This document shows, one piece after another, positions 39,594-49,803 of a stretch of DNA of 64,000 bases; within the stretch, counting starts at the first letter, position 1, and the number at the start of each line of letters is the position of its first letter. The notes below the pieces were generated by a model. It worked only from the letters and a program-made list of their open reading frames with translations. It was not told where the DNA came from and made no database searches. Origin of the DNA: Methanocella sp. GTDB lineage: Archaea > Thermoproteota > Bathyarchaeia > Bathyarchaeales > Bathycorpusculaceae. Both the position numbers and the translations under genes were made by a program. The stretch is from positions 19,673 through 83,672 of the forward strand of contig JBLNCY010000003.1 in the NCBI GenBank assembly GCA_050261115.1, written 5' to 3'.

Positions 39594-41696
39594 ATGAATA
39601 TCAACCAGAACTATTTATCACAGCACTTTCTCGCCATAGTTGTCATATTGCAAATTATAATGTATGCTACGTTGTTTCTCGATTTACCCCTTGCAAGAGC
39701 AGCAATAGGCATCGCGTATCTAACGTTTATTCCCGGTTATGTTCTAATCAAACTTTTGCGGCTCGATAGCCTCAACCCATGGGAAACAGTAGTTTACTCA
39801 GTAGGGTTTAGCATAGCTTTCTTAATGTTATGTGGTTTAGTGATCAACGAGTTTGGGCCTTTATTTGGGGTAACTTTTCCGCTCTCAATTCTGCCCCTGT
39901 CACTGTTTATCAACACGGCGGTTTTGGTGGGTGCCGCAGGTGCGCATATTACTAGAGGCAAACACACAAAATCCATGCAGAAACAAAGCATCAGCTTCAC
40001 CTTGCCGATGTTGCTGCTTGCCCTGATTCCAATTCTGAGCATAGCTGGAGCATACTATGTAGAAGCGACGGGTAACAACACGATCCTGCTTTTTATGATA
40101 CTTGCCATTGCAGGCTTATTCACCACAGCTGTCCTAAGTGATCGATCGACAAAGATTTACCCGTTTGCCATCCTCATGATCGCCCTTGCATTACTTTTGC
40201 ATGTTTCCTTAATGTCAAACTATATCTTACCCTACGGTGGTGACTCACCTGTAGAAATGTATGTTTTCCAGAACACCCAACAGAGCGGATACTGGAATTC
40301 TACTTTTGCGTTTATCTCAGATGAAGCCTACGGCCGATATAACGCGATGCTAAGCATCACTGTGTTGCCCACGATTTACTCGAACATGCTAAGTATAGAT
40401 CCAACGTGGGTTTACAAGGTAATTTACCCCTTGATTTTTGCGTTGGTGCCTGTGGGGTTGTATCTGCTCTGGCAGCCCTACATCGGCAAGAAACTCGGCT
40501 TCATAGCGGCCTTTATGTTTGTTGCGCAGTCCACTTTCTTTACTGAAATGATTGCGCTTAACCGCCAAATGATAGGCGAGCTCTTCTTTGTGCTGCTCCT
40601 GTTAACCATTTTGAATAAGGGCGTTAAGCGAGGCGGCAGGTTTGTCGCCTTTGCCATCTTTAGCTTCGGCTTGATCTTTTCGCATTATGCGCTGGCAGAA
40701 ATCTTTCTCTTCTTGATCTTCGCCGCTTGGGTTACCTCTACTTTGTACTTGAAGCGGCCAAGCTTCAATCTGCAACTTAGCATGATTATCTTTTTCTTTG
40801 TAGCCATGTTCCTTTGGTACATTTACGCTTCAGGTGCCGTCGTCTTTGATAGTTTCATGTCCTTCACCGGCTACATAAGTGCCCAGTTAGAGAACTTTTT
40901 TGACCCCGCCTCCAGAGGCACCACAGTTCTTGCTGGTTTAGGGCTTGCTGAGTCGCCCTCTTTTCTGAACACGATTAGCCGCGGCTTCGCATACCTTACA
41001 GAATTATTCATTGTACTGGGGGTTATAGCGATAGTTGCAAAAAAGACTCCCTTCCGGTTCGAACGTGACTACACTGTCTTTAGTGTCGTGACTGTTGTTT
41101 TTCTTGTGTTCCTGACACTTATTCCGGGGTTAGCTAATGCTTTGTCCATGACGCGGTTCTACCATATTCTCCTGATGATCCTGGCTCCCTTCTGCGCGGT
41201 TGGCATGTGGAAGGCCGCGGAATACCTCGCTAAGCGTCGCAGACAAGTGCTATTTACGGTGCTTGTGGTGGGCGTGCTTGTTCCATATTTTCTGTTTCAG
41301 ACTAACTTTATTTACGAGGTTGCCGGAACGGAGAGCTGGTCGATTCCGCTGAGTGGTTATCGCATGGATCCCACGCAGCTCTATGGTTCGTTTGGTTTTC
41401 TTGAGGCCTATAGCGTGCATGGTGCGACTTGGGTTTCCCAGTACGTGCCCTATGAGTATAATCTTGTTGCTGATAACGGATTGTTCACTGCTTTGCCGGC
41501 TTATGGCCTTGTTTACCGTGGTTACCTGATGCCGCTTTCTAACGAGACTAACCTTGAGCAGGGGCAGTTTGCCTACTTAAGCTACATTAGCATAAACTAT
41601 GAGCCCGAAACCTCTAATGGGACGATCCCAAGAGTGCTAAACCAAACCAGCATAGTTTACTCAAACGGCGGCAGCGAAGTCTACTATAAACCCTGA
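39594..41696 (+). CDS. DUF2206 family polytopic membrane protein
   Basis: FIPG, S.G.S, G.D...E, YNAMLSIT.LP, RQ, SHY and YSNGG motifs; many TMs. Confidence 0.85.
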   Translation: MNINQNYLSQHFLAIVVILQIIMYATLFLDLPLARAAIGIAYLTFIPGYVLIKLLRLDSLNPWETVVYSVGFSIAFLMLCGLVINEFGPLFGVTFPLSILPLSLFINTAVLVGAAGAHITRGKHTKSMQKQSISFTLPMLLLALIPILSIAGAYYVEATGNNTILLFMILAIAGLFTTAVLSDRSTKIYPFAILMIALALLLHVSLMSNYILPYGGDSPVEMYVFQNTQQSGYWNSTFAFISDEAYGRYNAMLSITVLPTIYSNMLSIDPTWVYKVIYPLIFALVPVGLYLLWQPYIGKKLGFIAAFMFVAQSTFFTEMIALNRQMIGELFFVLLLLTILNKGVKRGGRFVAFAIFSFGLIFSHYALAEIFLFLIFAAWVTSTLYLKRPSFNLQLSMIIFFFVAMFLWYIYASGAVVFDSFMSFTGYISAQLENFFDPASRGTTVLAGLGLAESPSFLNTISRGFAYLTELFIVLGVIAIVAKKTPFRFERDYTVFSVVTVVFLVFLTLIPGLANALSMTRFYHILLMILAPFCAVGMWKAAEYLAKRRRQVLFTVLVVGVLVPYFLFQTNFIYEVAGTESWSIPLSGYRMDPTQLYGSFGFLEAYSVHGATWVSQYVPYEYNLVADNGLFTALPAYGLVYRGYLMPLSNETNLEQGQFAYLSYISINYEPETSNGTIPRVLNQTSIVYSNGGSEVYYKP

Positions 41697-41708
41697 TTGC
41701 AAACCAGC

Positions 41709-41746
41709 GCTGTCTCTCCGCAGAGATCCCCTCCCTTATATATAGA
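41709..41746 (-). repeat. Dispersed intergenic repeat, copy 4
   Basis: Minus strand TCTATATATAAGGGAGGGGATCTCTGCGGAGAGACAGC. Confidence 0.7.
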
Positions 41747-41837
41747 AAAGTCCTAAACCTCAGCTTTATCGTTTGACATACTTTAGAAGCGCCCGGCAAC
41801 CAAACTCGCAGCAGATAAATTTCATCGGAGGTCGCGC

Positions 41838-42527
41838 ATGCCGAGGACACTTCTCAGAGTACTCAACGATGACAAAATCGAATCCATCGTAAAATGGCAC
41901 TTCATCGACAGATTCTTCTTTTGGATACCCCGCTTAAAACTCAAAAACAAGACCTTCTCGATAATTGGCAATAACTGCTTTGCGGGCGGCATATACCACA
42001 AATTCGGGCTCCAATACAGTACCCCCACAATCTGGACCTACATCTTCCCCGACGACTACCTCCGCCTTCTAGAAGACCTCAATTGGTACCTAAAGCAACC
42101 CTTAATATTCACCGCCAAAACCGGCCACGAAATGGCGCATAGGCACTTTGCATCAACTGGTCGCCGTTACCCCATCGGCGTCTTGGGCGGCGATGTAGAA
42201 ATCCACTTTATGCATTACTACACCGAAGCGGAAGCCCAAGAGAAATGGCAAAGACGACTCAAGCGTCTAAACCGTGAAAACCTTTTTGTCCTTTTCTCTG
42301 ATGGGGAGGAATACCGCAAGGAGCACCTTGCCCGATTTGAAAAGCTCCCCTATAGGCACAAAATCTTTTTTTCCTCAAAACCTCAGCCGAACTCCCGCTG
42401 CACCGTTTTCATCCCCGACTATCACGGCGAAGTGCACGTTTATGATTCCACCCGTAACCGGCGATACGAAAAATACCTTGACTTAGTTAAGTGGCTAAAC
42501 GGTGAGGAAGACTACCTTAAACAGTAG
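41838..42527 (+). CDS. DUF1919 family exopolysaccharide biosynthesis protein
   Basis: FSIIGNNCFAG, PT, YPIG, IHFMHY and KW.RR..R motifs. Confidence 0.88.
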   Translation: MPRTLLRVLNDDKIESIVKWHFIDRFFFWIPRLKLKNKTFSIIGNNCFAGGIYHKFGLQYSTPTIWTYIFPDDYLRLLEDLNWYLKQPLIFTAKTGHEMAHRHFASTGRRYPIGVLGGDVEIHFMHYYTEAEAQEKWQRRLKRLNRENLFVLFSDGEEYRKEHLARFEKLPYRHKIFFSSKPQPNSRCTVFIPDYHGEVHVYDSTRNRRYEKYLDLVKWLNGEEDYLKQ

Positions 42528-42536
42528 GAGCAAAAA

Positions 42537-43586
42537 ATGGATACAGACATATCGTCACAACCCTGGGTTACGGTAGTTATCCCTACCTACAAACGCGCCG
42601 GCATACTGTGCCAGATACTGCGGGCTTTTGAGCAGCAAACTTTTCGAGATTTTGACTTGGTGGTTGTGGTTAAGCCCTCAGGCGACGGCACCGAGGCGCT
42701 GCTGGAAGAGGCAGCACAAAAAATCAAGGTTAAAATGGTCAAGCAGACAGCAGGGCATATCGTTGACGCCTACTTTCTGGGTGTTAAGCATTCAACCGGC
42801 GACATAGTTGCTTTTCTTGATGACGACGCAATCCCCGCCCCTGACTGGCTTGAGCAAACCGTGAGGTTGTTCCAGACGCATGAAATCGCCGGCGTTACAG
42901 GCGACTCCTTTCCTGTGCTGCTAAACGGCGACGCATACCAAATCATAGAGGAACCCGAAGCACCCACTAGCTACACTCGCTTCGACTTTGCCCTGTTTGG
43001 TCGTCCGCTTAGGGGGCTTGAAGATTACAAAAACTGCATCGCCAACTCCGGCCTAGTTTACGAACGCGGCAACAACGCCTACTGGCGTAAACGTGGAGCC
43101 ACAAAAGCGCTGCTTAGAGGGCCTTCGATGGCGGTGTCGGGCGGGTTGCTTCGGAGCATTGACTTGCGTGGGGAGTGGATTTTGGGTTGCGCTTGGGAGA
43201 TGGTCTTGGGTTGGCATATTTGGCGGCGGGGGCTAAAGATGATTTATAGCCCAAACGTCAAGGTCTACCATATTGTTCATGGCCGAACTTCCAGTCGAGA
43301 CTTCTTGGCGCCACGTACCGATCTTTTGTGGGCGGTTGAGGCTGAACTTCTATTCTACCGCCTCTACCCTGAGGAACCCCAGCTTTCGCTGATAAGCAAG
43401 CTCGAGTCGGATCTGTTGCGTGTTTTGCACAGCTTGAAGTATATGCGCTCTAATTTGCCCTATAACCTAAGTAAGGTAGCGGGTATCTTTCTGGGTAACG
43501 TGATAGGTGCGAAATGGCTTATCTACAAGTTGATGGGTGCTTCGTATTCGCCCCTTGTTGATTTAGGTAGATTCCGCAGAAAATAG
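42537..43586 (+). CDS. GT2 glycosyltransferase
   Basis: VIPTYKR and FLDDDA motifs. Confidence 0.88.
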   Translation: MDTDISSQPWVTVVIPTYKRAGILCQILRAFEQQTFRDFDLVVVVKPSGDGTEALLEEAAQKIKVKMVKQTAGHIVDAYFLGVKHSTGDIVAFLDDDAIPAPDWLEQTVRLFQTHEIAGVTGDSFPVLLNGDAYQIIEEPEAPTSYTRFDFALFGRPLRGLEDYKNCIANSGLVYERGNNAYWRKRGATKALLRGPSMAVSGGLLRSIDLRGEWILGCAWEMVLGWHIWRRGLKMIYSPNVKVYHIVHGRTSSRDFLAPRTDLLWAVEAELLFYRLYPEEPQLSLISKLESDLLRVLHSLKYMRSNLPYNLSKVAGIFLGNVIGAKWLIYKLMGASYSPLVDLGRFRRK

Positions 43587-43594
43587 AGGAATCC

Positions 43595-44659
43595 ATGTTG
43601 TCTGCCCCTCTTGTTTCTATTGTTATTCTAAACTTCAACGGTAAAGATTACCTAAGAAAATGCTTAGAGTCTGTGTTATCAAGCGAATACCCCAATTTTG
43701 AGGTCATACTGGTAGATAACGCCTCAACAGATGACAGTCTGAAAAACGCAGAAGCCCTCTTTGGCAGTAACCCCAAAATAAAAATCATAAAAAACAAAGA
43801 AAACCTTGGCTTCAGCGGCGGTAACAACGTCGGCTTAAAACAGTGCAGCGGACAATACACCGTATTCCTAAACAACGACACCACCGTGGACCCTCAGTGG
43901 CTGACTCACTTGGTTGAGGCACTTGAAAATGACCCTACGATTGGCATAGCACAGAGCCTGATTTGCAGCATAGACGGCGAAAAAGTTCAGACAGCCGGCT
44001 GGCTGTACGGTAATTACCTGCTCAAAAAATATGCTCTCTTTATGGATAAGCCGAGCCGCATGGTGTTTAAGCCAAAATTTGAGGTATCATTTGTTTGTGG
44101 CGCCACAATGATTGTCCATCGAGATATCCTGAAACATATGGGTGCCTTTGACCCGTCTATCCCTTACTTTTACGATGACACGCTGCTCTCCTTGAAAGCA
44201 TTGATGGCAGGCAAAAAAGTGGTCACTGTTCCAGCCTCAAAAACTTTCCATGTGGGCGGCGCCACGAAAGTATGGCAAACTAGGTTTACAACATTCCATT
44301 TGCTTAAAGCCAATTTGGCTTTGCTGTTTGATGTGTACTATAAAAAAACGGATTTGGCATGGGCTCTGCTGGTTAATACCTTATATCTCTCTAGTAATTT
44401 GGTTTTCGTTTTACAGAAGAAAAACGTCCCGACTATACAGGGTAGTTTTGATGCGTTCCTATGGAGCTTAGGCAATCTCCGCTACCTATGGCGGAATCGG
44501 CTTGACCACTGGAGCAGAACCAAAATCTCGCCAGAGGAACTAAAGGAAAAGTTTGTTCGCATAAACATCCCTGTGCCCTTCTATCTTTTTCCGTCAAAAC
44601 TTAACAACAGACGTTTTACATATAGTGTTCGTGGATTAGAGAACACAGCGGTAGAGTAG
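43595..44659 (+). CDS. GT2 glycosyltransferase (rhamnosyltransferase-like)
   Basis: ILNFNG, VDNASTD, NLGFSGGNN and LNND motifs. Confidence 0.9.
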   Translation: MLSAPLVSIVILNFNGKDYLRKCLESVLSSEYPNFEVILVDNASTDDSLKNAEALFGSNPKIKIIKNKENLGFSGGNNVGLKQCSGQYTVFLNNDTTVDPQWLTHLVEALENDPTIGIAQSLICSIDGEKVQTAGWLYGNYLLKKYALFMDKPSRMVFKPKFEVSFVCGATMIVHRDILKHMGAFDPSIPYFYDDTLLSLKALMAGKKVVTVPASKTFHVGGATKVWQTRFTTFHLLKANLALLFDVYYKKTDLAWALLVNTLYLSSNLVFVLQKKNVPTIQGSFDAFLWSLGNLRYLWRNRLDHWSRTKISPEELKEKFVRINIPVPFYLFPSKLNNRRFTYSVRGLENTAVE

Positions 44660-44749
44660 TAAAAAGTAAAGTACATATGGCATTTTGCGTACTTGTTACT
44701 GTATATTCTCGGTGCAGATTCAGTTAATCATCTTACTTTTGGTGATTTA

Positions 44750-45184
44750 TTGCTAGAACAAAGGTACTCGCCCTTAAGCGAATGTAAAATTATCAATTTT
44801 CCAGTAGTCCATGACGTCAGAGGCAATCTCTCCTTCATAGAAGAAAACCGCCAGATCCCCTTCCAGATAAAACGCGTCTACTACCTCTATGACGTACCCA
44901 GCGGTGCAACACGTGGCGGCCATGCACATAAAGCGCTACATCAAGTAGTCATTGCATTAAGCGGCAGCTTCGAGATTATTCTCGATGACGGCTACAACAA
45001 ACGCTCCTTTTTCCTTAACAGACCCCATTATGGCATCTACATTCCACCTAGGGTATGGCGTGAGCTAGAAAACTTTTCATCCAATTCTGTTGCGCTCTCT
45101 TTGGTTTCTGAGGTCTATGATGAATCGGATTACATCCGGAACTATGACGCATTCAAGAGTTATGTCTACAATGGCTGGCAGTAA
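44750..45184 (+). CDS. fdtA: FdtA/QdtA-type sugar 3,4-ketoisomerase (cupin)
   Basis: DVRGNL, KRVYY, RGGHAH and YDESDYIR motifs; TTG start after GGTGA. Confidence 0.85.
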   Translation: MLEQRYSPLSECKIINFPVVHDVRGNLSFIEENRQIPFQIKRVYYLYDVPSGATRGGHAHKALHQVVIALSGSFEIILDDGYNKRSFFLNRPHYGIYIPPRVWRELENFSSNSVALSLVSEVYDESDYIRNYDAFKSYVYNGWQ

Positions 45185-45863
45185 AGAGAAACTCGTCATA
45201 ATCGGCAGCGGCGAAACAGCAGAGCTTGCCTACAGCTACTTTAGCAGAGACACAACCTATCAAGTTGCCGGCTTTAGCGTTGAAAAAGCCTACCTGCATG
45301 GTGGTGAAACGCTTTTTGGTTTACCCGTTGTCCCCTTTGAGGATATCGAAGGCTTCTTTGAACCAGAGACCCACAAGGCCTTTGTCGCGGTTTCTTTTAC
45401 TCAGTTTAATCGCCTTAGAAGCCGCCTCTTTAGGGCTACAAAAGAAAAGGGCTATCGCCTCTGCTCATACATAAGCCCACGGGCCTACGTCGATCCAAAC
45501 GTGCAGCTAGGCGAGAATTGCTTCATACTAGAAAACACCACCCTCCAGCGGGGCGTTAAAATCGGAGACAACATAACCATCTGGACCGGCAGCTCAATTG
45601 GGCACCAGTCACAGGTCGGCGAGAACTGCTTCTTAGCCATGCACGTTGCCATCTCAGGGTTCTGCACGGTAGGCGAGAACTGCTTCTTTGGCGTAAACAG
45701 CTGCACAAGTAATAACCTAAAAGTCGCCCCCGACTGCATCATCGGCGCAGGCGCCGTCCTAATCAGGAACACTACCAAGGGCGGCATCTACATTGGAAAC
45801 CCAGCGAAACCTCTGCCAAACAAAACAACAACTGTGTTTATTGAGGGAAAAGAAACGATATGA
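45171..45863 (+). CDS. NeuD/PglD-like sugar acetyltransferase
   Basis: IIGSG, N..R, hexapeptide repeats, IGH and GNPAK. Confidence 0.88.
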   Translation: MAGSKEKLVIIGSGETAELAYSYFSRDTTYQVAGFSVEKAYLHGGETLFGLPVVPFEDIEGFFEPETHKAFVAVSFTQFNRLRSRLFRATKEKGYRLCSYISPRAYVDPNVQLGENCFILENTTLQRGVKIGDNITIWTGSSIGHQSQVGENCFLAMHVAISGFCTVGENCFFGVNSCTSNNLKVAPDCIIGAGAVLIRNTTKGGIYIGNPAKPLPNKTTTVFIEGKETI

Positions 45864-46837
45864 CTGTCCTTGAAGAACTCGTGAGCCACAAGGCATCTAA
45901 AGATGAGGTGACGGTCAAAACCTACTGTCCACAGGATAAAGCGTTATGGGACCGTTTTGTCTATGGCGCTAAGAATGGGGTTTTTCTGTTCTACCGGGAC
46001 TACATGGAGTACCATCAAGACCGATTCCAAGACCATTCCTTGCTATTCTTCAAAAACAACAACCTCATAGGGATATTACCAGCCAACTTAGCGGGCGATA
46101 CGGTACAGAGCCACGGCGGCTTAACGTTCGGCGGAGTCGTCTCTGGCTATTCGATGAAGACGCCGCTGATGCTAGAAATCTTTGGCGCCTTAATTGAGCA
46201 CTGCAGAAGCATCGGCGTAAAAACAGTCCTCTACAAACCCATCCCATACATTTACCATTCAGTACCCGCAGACGAAGACCTCTACGCACTCTATAGGCAC
46301 AACGCCAAACTAGTCGCCAGAGGCGTATCCTCAACCATTCCACTAGCCAGCCAAAGAAGGTTTGCTGATAACCGCCGAGAATGCATAGTTAAAGCAAAAA
46401 AGAACAATCTAACGGTAAACGAAAGCCACGACTACGACACATACATGAAACTTTTAGAACAAACCCTCTCAAAACATGGAGTCAAACCAGTCCATTCCAT
46501 AGAGGAAATTAAACTCTTAGCTAGCCGCTTCCCAGACAACATCAAACTCTACACAGCGTTTAAGGATGAGCGGATGCTAGCAGGCCTGGTCATCTATGAG
46601 AGCCCCAATGTGGCACATTTACAGTACGCAGCTAACTCGCCGGAAGGACAAAAGATAGGCGCCCAGGATCTCATAGCCGATTACTTGATTTGTGAACGCT
46701 ATAAGGATAAGCGGTACTACGATTTTGGGATATCCACCGAGAAGCAGGGGCGCGTGCTGAATCGGGGGTTGATTAAGTATAAAGAGGATTTTGGAGCAAG
46801 CGCCGTAGTTTATGACATGTACCAAATAATACTCTAA
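45860..46837 (+). CDS. FemAB-like GNAT-fold protein
   Basis: FYRDYMEYH.DRF, SHGGLTFGG, DFGIST and K..FGA motifs. Confidence 0.85.
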   Translation: MTVLEELVSHKASKDEVTVKTYCPQDKALWDRFVYGAKNGVFLFYRDYMEYHQDRFQDHSLLFFKNNNLIGILPANLAGDTVQSHGGLTFGGVVSGYSMKTPLMLEIFGALIEHCRSIGVKTVLYKPIPYIYHSVPADEDLYALYRHNAKLVARGVSSTIPLASQRRFADNRRECIVKAKKNNLTVNESHDYDTYMKLLEQTLSKHGVKPVHSIEEIKLLASRFPDNIKLYTAFKDERMLAGLVIYESPNVAHLQYAANSPEGQKIGAQDLIADYLICERYKDKRYYDFGISTEKQGRVLNRGLIKYKEDFGASAVVYDMYQIIL

Positions 46838-46859
46838 GCGTCCAAACATCTTTTCTGGG

Positions 46860-47828
46860 GTGGAATTTATAGTTTTAGTTACAGCAGTTATGGCCTCATA
46901 CAACCATGAAAAATACATAGCGCAAGCCATAGAAAGCGTACTAAACCAGACATTCACCGACTTGGAACTTGTAATAGTAGATGATTGCTCCACAGATGCA
47001 TCCCCCGATATTATCAAAAAATACAGTGAAAAAGACCCTCGTGTGAGAGCATTCTTTCACCAGAAAAACCAGGGAATCGCCAAAACCCTCAATGACTGCC
47101 TAAAAGAAGCCCAAGGCAAATACGTAGGCTTCATCGGTTCCGACGACATGTGGCTCCCATACAAACTCAAAAGACAACTTAACCTCATAAAAGGCAACGA
47201 AGACAAAATCCTCTGGTCAAGCGGACAAGTCATCGACAGCAACGGCGCATTAACAGGCCAAAAAGTAAGCGACCTAATCGGGGAAGCTCCCAAAAGAAGC
47301 GGCAACCTCTTCCAAGACCTCCTAATCGAGGACTTTGTGTTCGGCCAAAGCGTACTCGTCAAGACAGAATACGCCCGAGAGGTCGGCTTTGATGAAAGCT
47401 TCCGATTCGTAAACGACCATCTATTCTTCATTAACCTCGCAAAGAAGCATGAGTTCCTCTATGACCCTGCCGATTTAGCGCTTTATAGGATTCATAAACG
47501 CAACACCACCGCCCTTCACCAAGAAACATGGTATAGGGAACGCATTTCGCTTAGAAACAAGCTCCTTGAGTCTTATAAGGGGGAAGTTGCGTCTTATGCG
47601 TTGGCGGATATTTACTATAAACTTGGACACGCTTACGACGTGCTTGGCAAAAGAATTTCAGCAAGGCATTATTACTTAAAAGCTCTGTGGGTTCCACAGT
47701 TGCGCGCCAACAGCGTGCTATATTTGCTCTCGATTGGAAACAAAGGGTTCATTGGCGCACAGTTAGAGCGTCATTATAAGAAGATGCTTTCTTTGCTTGC
47801 TAGTCGTAAATTGCAGTTTGCAGGTTAG
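46860..47828 (+). CDS. GT2 glycosyltransferase
   Basis: SYNHEKYI, VDDCSTD, SDD and YRIH motifs. Confidence 0.9.
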   Translation: MEFIVLVTAVMASYNHEKYIAQAIESVLNQTFTDLELVIVDDCSTDASPDIIKKYSEKDPRVRAFFHQKNQGIAKTLNDCLKEAQGKYVGFIGSDDMWLPYKLKRQLNLIKGNEDKILWSSGQVIDSNGALTGQKVSDLIGEAPKRSGNLFQDLLIEDFVFGQSVLVKTEYAREVGFDESFRFVNDHLFFINLAKKHEFLYDPADLALYRIHKRNTTALHQETWYRERISLRNKLLESYKGEVASYALADIYYKLGHAYDVLGKRISARHYYLKALWVPQLRANSVLYLLSIGNKGFIGAQLERHYKKMLSLLASRKLQFAG

Positions 47829-47900
47829 CCTTTAATACATCATTAACTAGAGTGTATGGTAATCAACTTCGCCTTTTGGGTTTTTTTTGGGGTTTCTAGG

Positions 47901-48800
47901 ATGAGTTATATTAGTTTAGTCAAGATTCCTGCGGAGACTGACGCGCCGTTTAAGGAGTCAATAGCTCAGGCGCTCGAATTGATTAATTATCGGTTCAAAG
48001 AGCGCACAAGGCGGGTAGTGATTAAGCCAAATCTGTGTTACTATTGGGACTGCACCACTGGCCAAACCACTACCCCCGCATTTGTGGCGGCGCTGATTGA
48101 TTTGATCCGCGAAAACCTCGGCGACGTAGAAATTGCCGTGGTGGAGTCAGATGCGTCGGCTATGCGCTGCAAATACGCTTTCCGCATGCTCGGCTACGAG
48201 CGGCTCGCGGCGGAGAAGGGTGTGCGATTGGTTAACCTCTCCGAGGATCAGGCAAACAGCACCGAGGTCACCTGTAATGGCAATAAATACACCTTCAACA
48301 TACCAAAAACCATCCAAGAAGCAGACCTCAAAATCAACATAGCCCACATAAAATACACCGTAGACCCCATCAAACTCACCTGCACCCTCAAAAACATCTT
48401 CGGCTGCAACCCCTACCAGAAGAAATTCAAGTACCACAGCGACCTCGGCAACGTCATCGTAGCACTCAACAAAGCGATGAAGTTTGACCTCCACCTAATA
48501 GACAGTAATGTAGCTGCGGGGGTGCAGCCTCGCAAGTTAGGGTTAGTTATGGCGGGCAGTGATCCAGTATCTCTGGATGTTGCTGCATCTGAAATCGCCG
48601 GCTTAGACCCTGAGGGGATTCCCTATTTTGAGTTGGCTGAACATGAAGGCGTCGGCCAGCGATCATATGTTGCTGTTGGAGCGGAACTTGACTTTTTCCG
48701 TGCCTTGTACCCCAAGATTACGCTGAAGATGAAGGTTAAGCGCCAGATTAAGCGGGGCTTAGTCGGCTTTGGGTTAGGTAAACGATTGGGGCTGGAATAA
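47901..48800 (+). CDS. DUF362 family protein
   Basis: VVIKPN, TT.P, VES, LKNIFG and DPVSLD motifs. Confidence 0.85.
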   Translation: MSYISLVKIPAETDAPFKESIAQALELINYRFKERTRRVVIKPNLCYYWDCTTGQTTTPAFVAALIDLIRENLGDVEIAVVESDASAMRCKYAFRMLGYERLAAEKGVRLVNLSEDQANSTEVTCNGNKYTFNIPKTIQEADLKINIAHIKYTVDPIKLTCTLKNIFGCNPYQKKFKYHSDLGNVIVALNKAMKFDLHLIDSNVAAGVQPRKLGLVMAGSDPVSLDVAASEIAGLDPEGIPYFELAEHEGVGQRSYVAVGAELDFFRALYPKITLKMKVKRQIKRGLVGFGLGKRLGLE

Positions 48801-49786
48801 TGGTGAAGCCTGTTAAGTTAGGTTTAATCGGTGTCGGCGGCATCGGCTCACTGCATCTCAAGCACGCGTTGATGCTTCCAAACGCAGAGGTCACCGCGGT
48901 AGCGGACACGGCAAAACCCGCGCTGAATAGGGCTAAAGAGGCAGGCGTAAAGAACACCTACACCCGCTACAGTGAGCTGCTAAAGAATGCGGATGTGGAC
49001 GCCGTACTAATCGCGTTGCCGACGCATCTGCATCTCCAATGCGCATGTGAAGCCGCCGAAGCGGGAAAGCACGTTTTCCTTGAGAAGCCCATTGCCGTCA
49101 CCGTCTCAGAAGCGAAAGAAGTCATTGCGGTCACTCAGCGTCAAGGCGTCAAGTTGATGGTAGGGTACCCGATGCGTTTCAACCGACATTTCCTCCAGCT
49201 AAAAGAGGACATGGCTAACGGCTTGTTAGGCGACATAGAGCACGCGCATGCGGTATATGTTTCTGCGGGGCCGTTTGTGCATCGCGCGGATGGGCATTCT
49301 CCGGCGCCAGTTCCCGAATGGTGGTTTAACCCTGATTTGACGGGCGGCGGCGTCTTTGTGGATTTAGGCTGCCACATCATTAATTTGATGCGTATGTTTT
49401 TTGGTGAGGTAACTGAAATCAAGAGCCAGTTTGGTCACCGTTACCATATGGATTTCGATGACTCGGCAGTGTGTTTGGCGAGGTTTAGCTCGGGAACTTT
49501 GGCGGTGGTTAATGTAGGCTGGTACTCTCAGCAGTACCTCATGCGGTTAGACCTGCTGGGTAGCGTGGCTCATGCCTCGGTTGAGCATATGCCGCCGCCG
49601 ACGTTGGTACAGTTCTATCAGATGCTTCGACGAGGCATATCTGAGTTTAATCAGCCCCACTACGACGAGTTAGCGTATTTTGTTGATTGCTTACGGGATG
49701 ACGTGGCTCCTTCGCCTTCGGGGCTTGATGGGCTGCGTGATTTAGAGGCGATTGTCCAAGCTTATAAAAACACTATCAATCTATAA
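48800..49786 (+). CDS. Gfo/Idh/MocA oxidoreductase
   Basis: GVGGIG, EKP and GGGVFVDLGCH motifs. Confidence 0.92.
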   Translation: MVKPVKLGLIGVGGIGSLHLKHALMLPNAEVTAVADTAKPALNRAKEAGVKNTYTRYSELLKNADVDAVLIALPTHLHLQCACEAAEAGKHVFLEKPIAVTVSEAKEVIAVTQRQGVKLMVGYPMRFNRHFLQLKEDMANGLLGDIEHAHAVYVSAGPFVHRADGHSPAPVPEWWFNPDLTGGGVFVDLGCHIINLMRMFFGEVTEIKSQFGHRYHMDFDDSAVCLARFSSGTLAVVNVGWYSQQYLMRLDLLGSVAHASVEHMPPPTLVQFYQMLRRGISEFNQPHYDELAYFVDCLRDDVAPSPSGLDGLRDLEAIVQAYKNTINL

Positions 49787-49803
49787 CCTGCTTTGGTGGC
49801 TGG

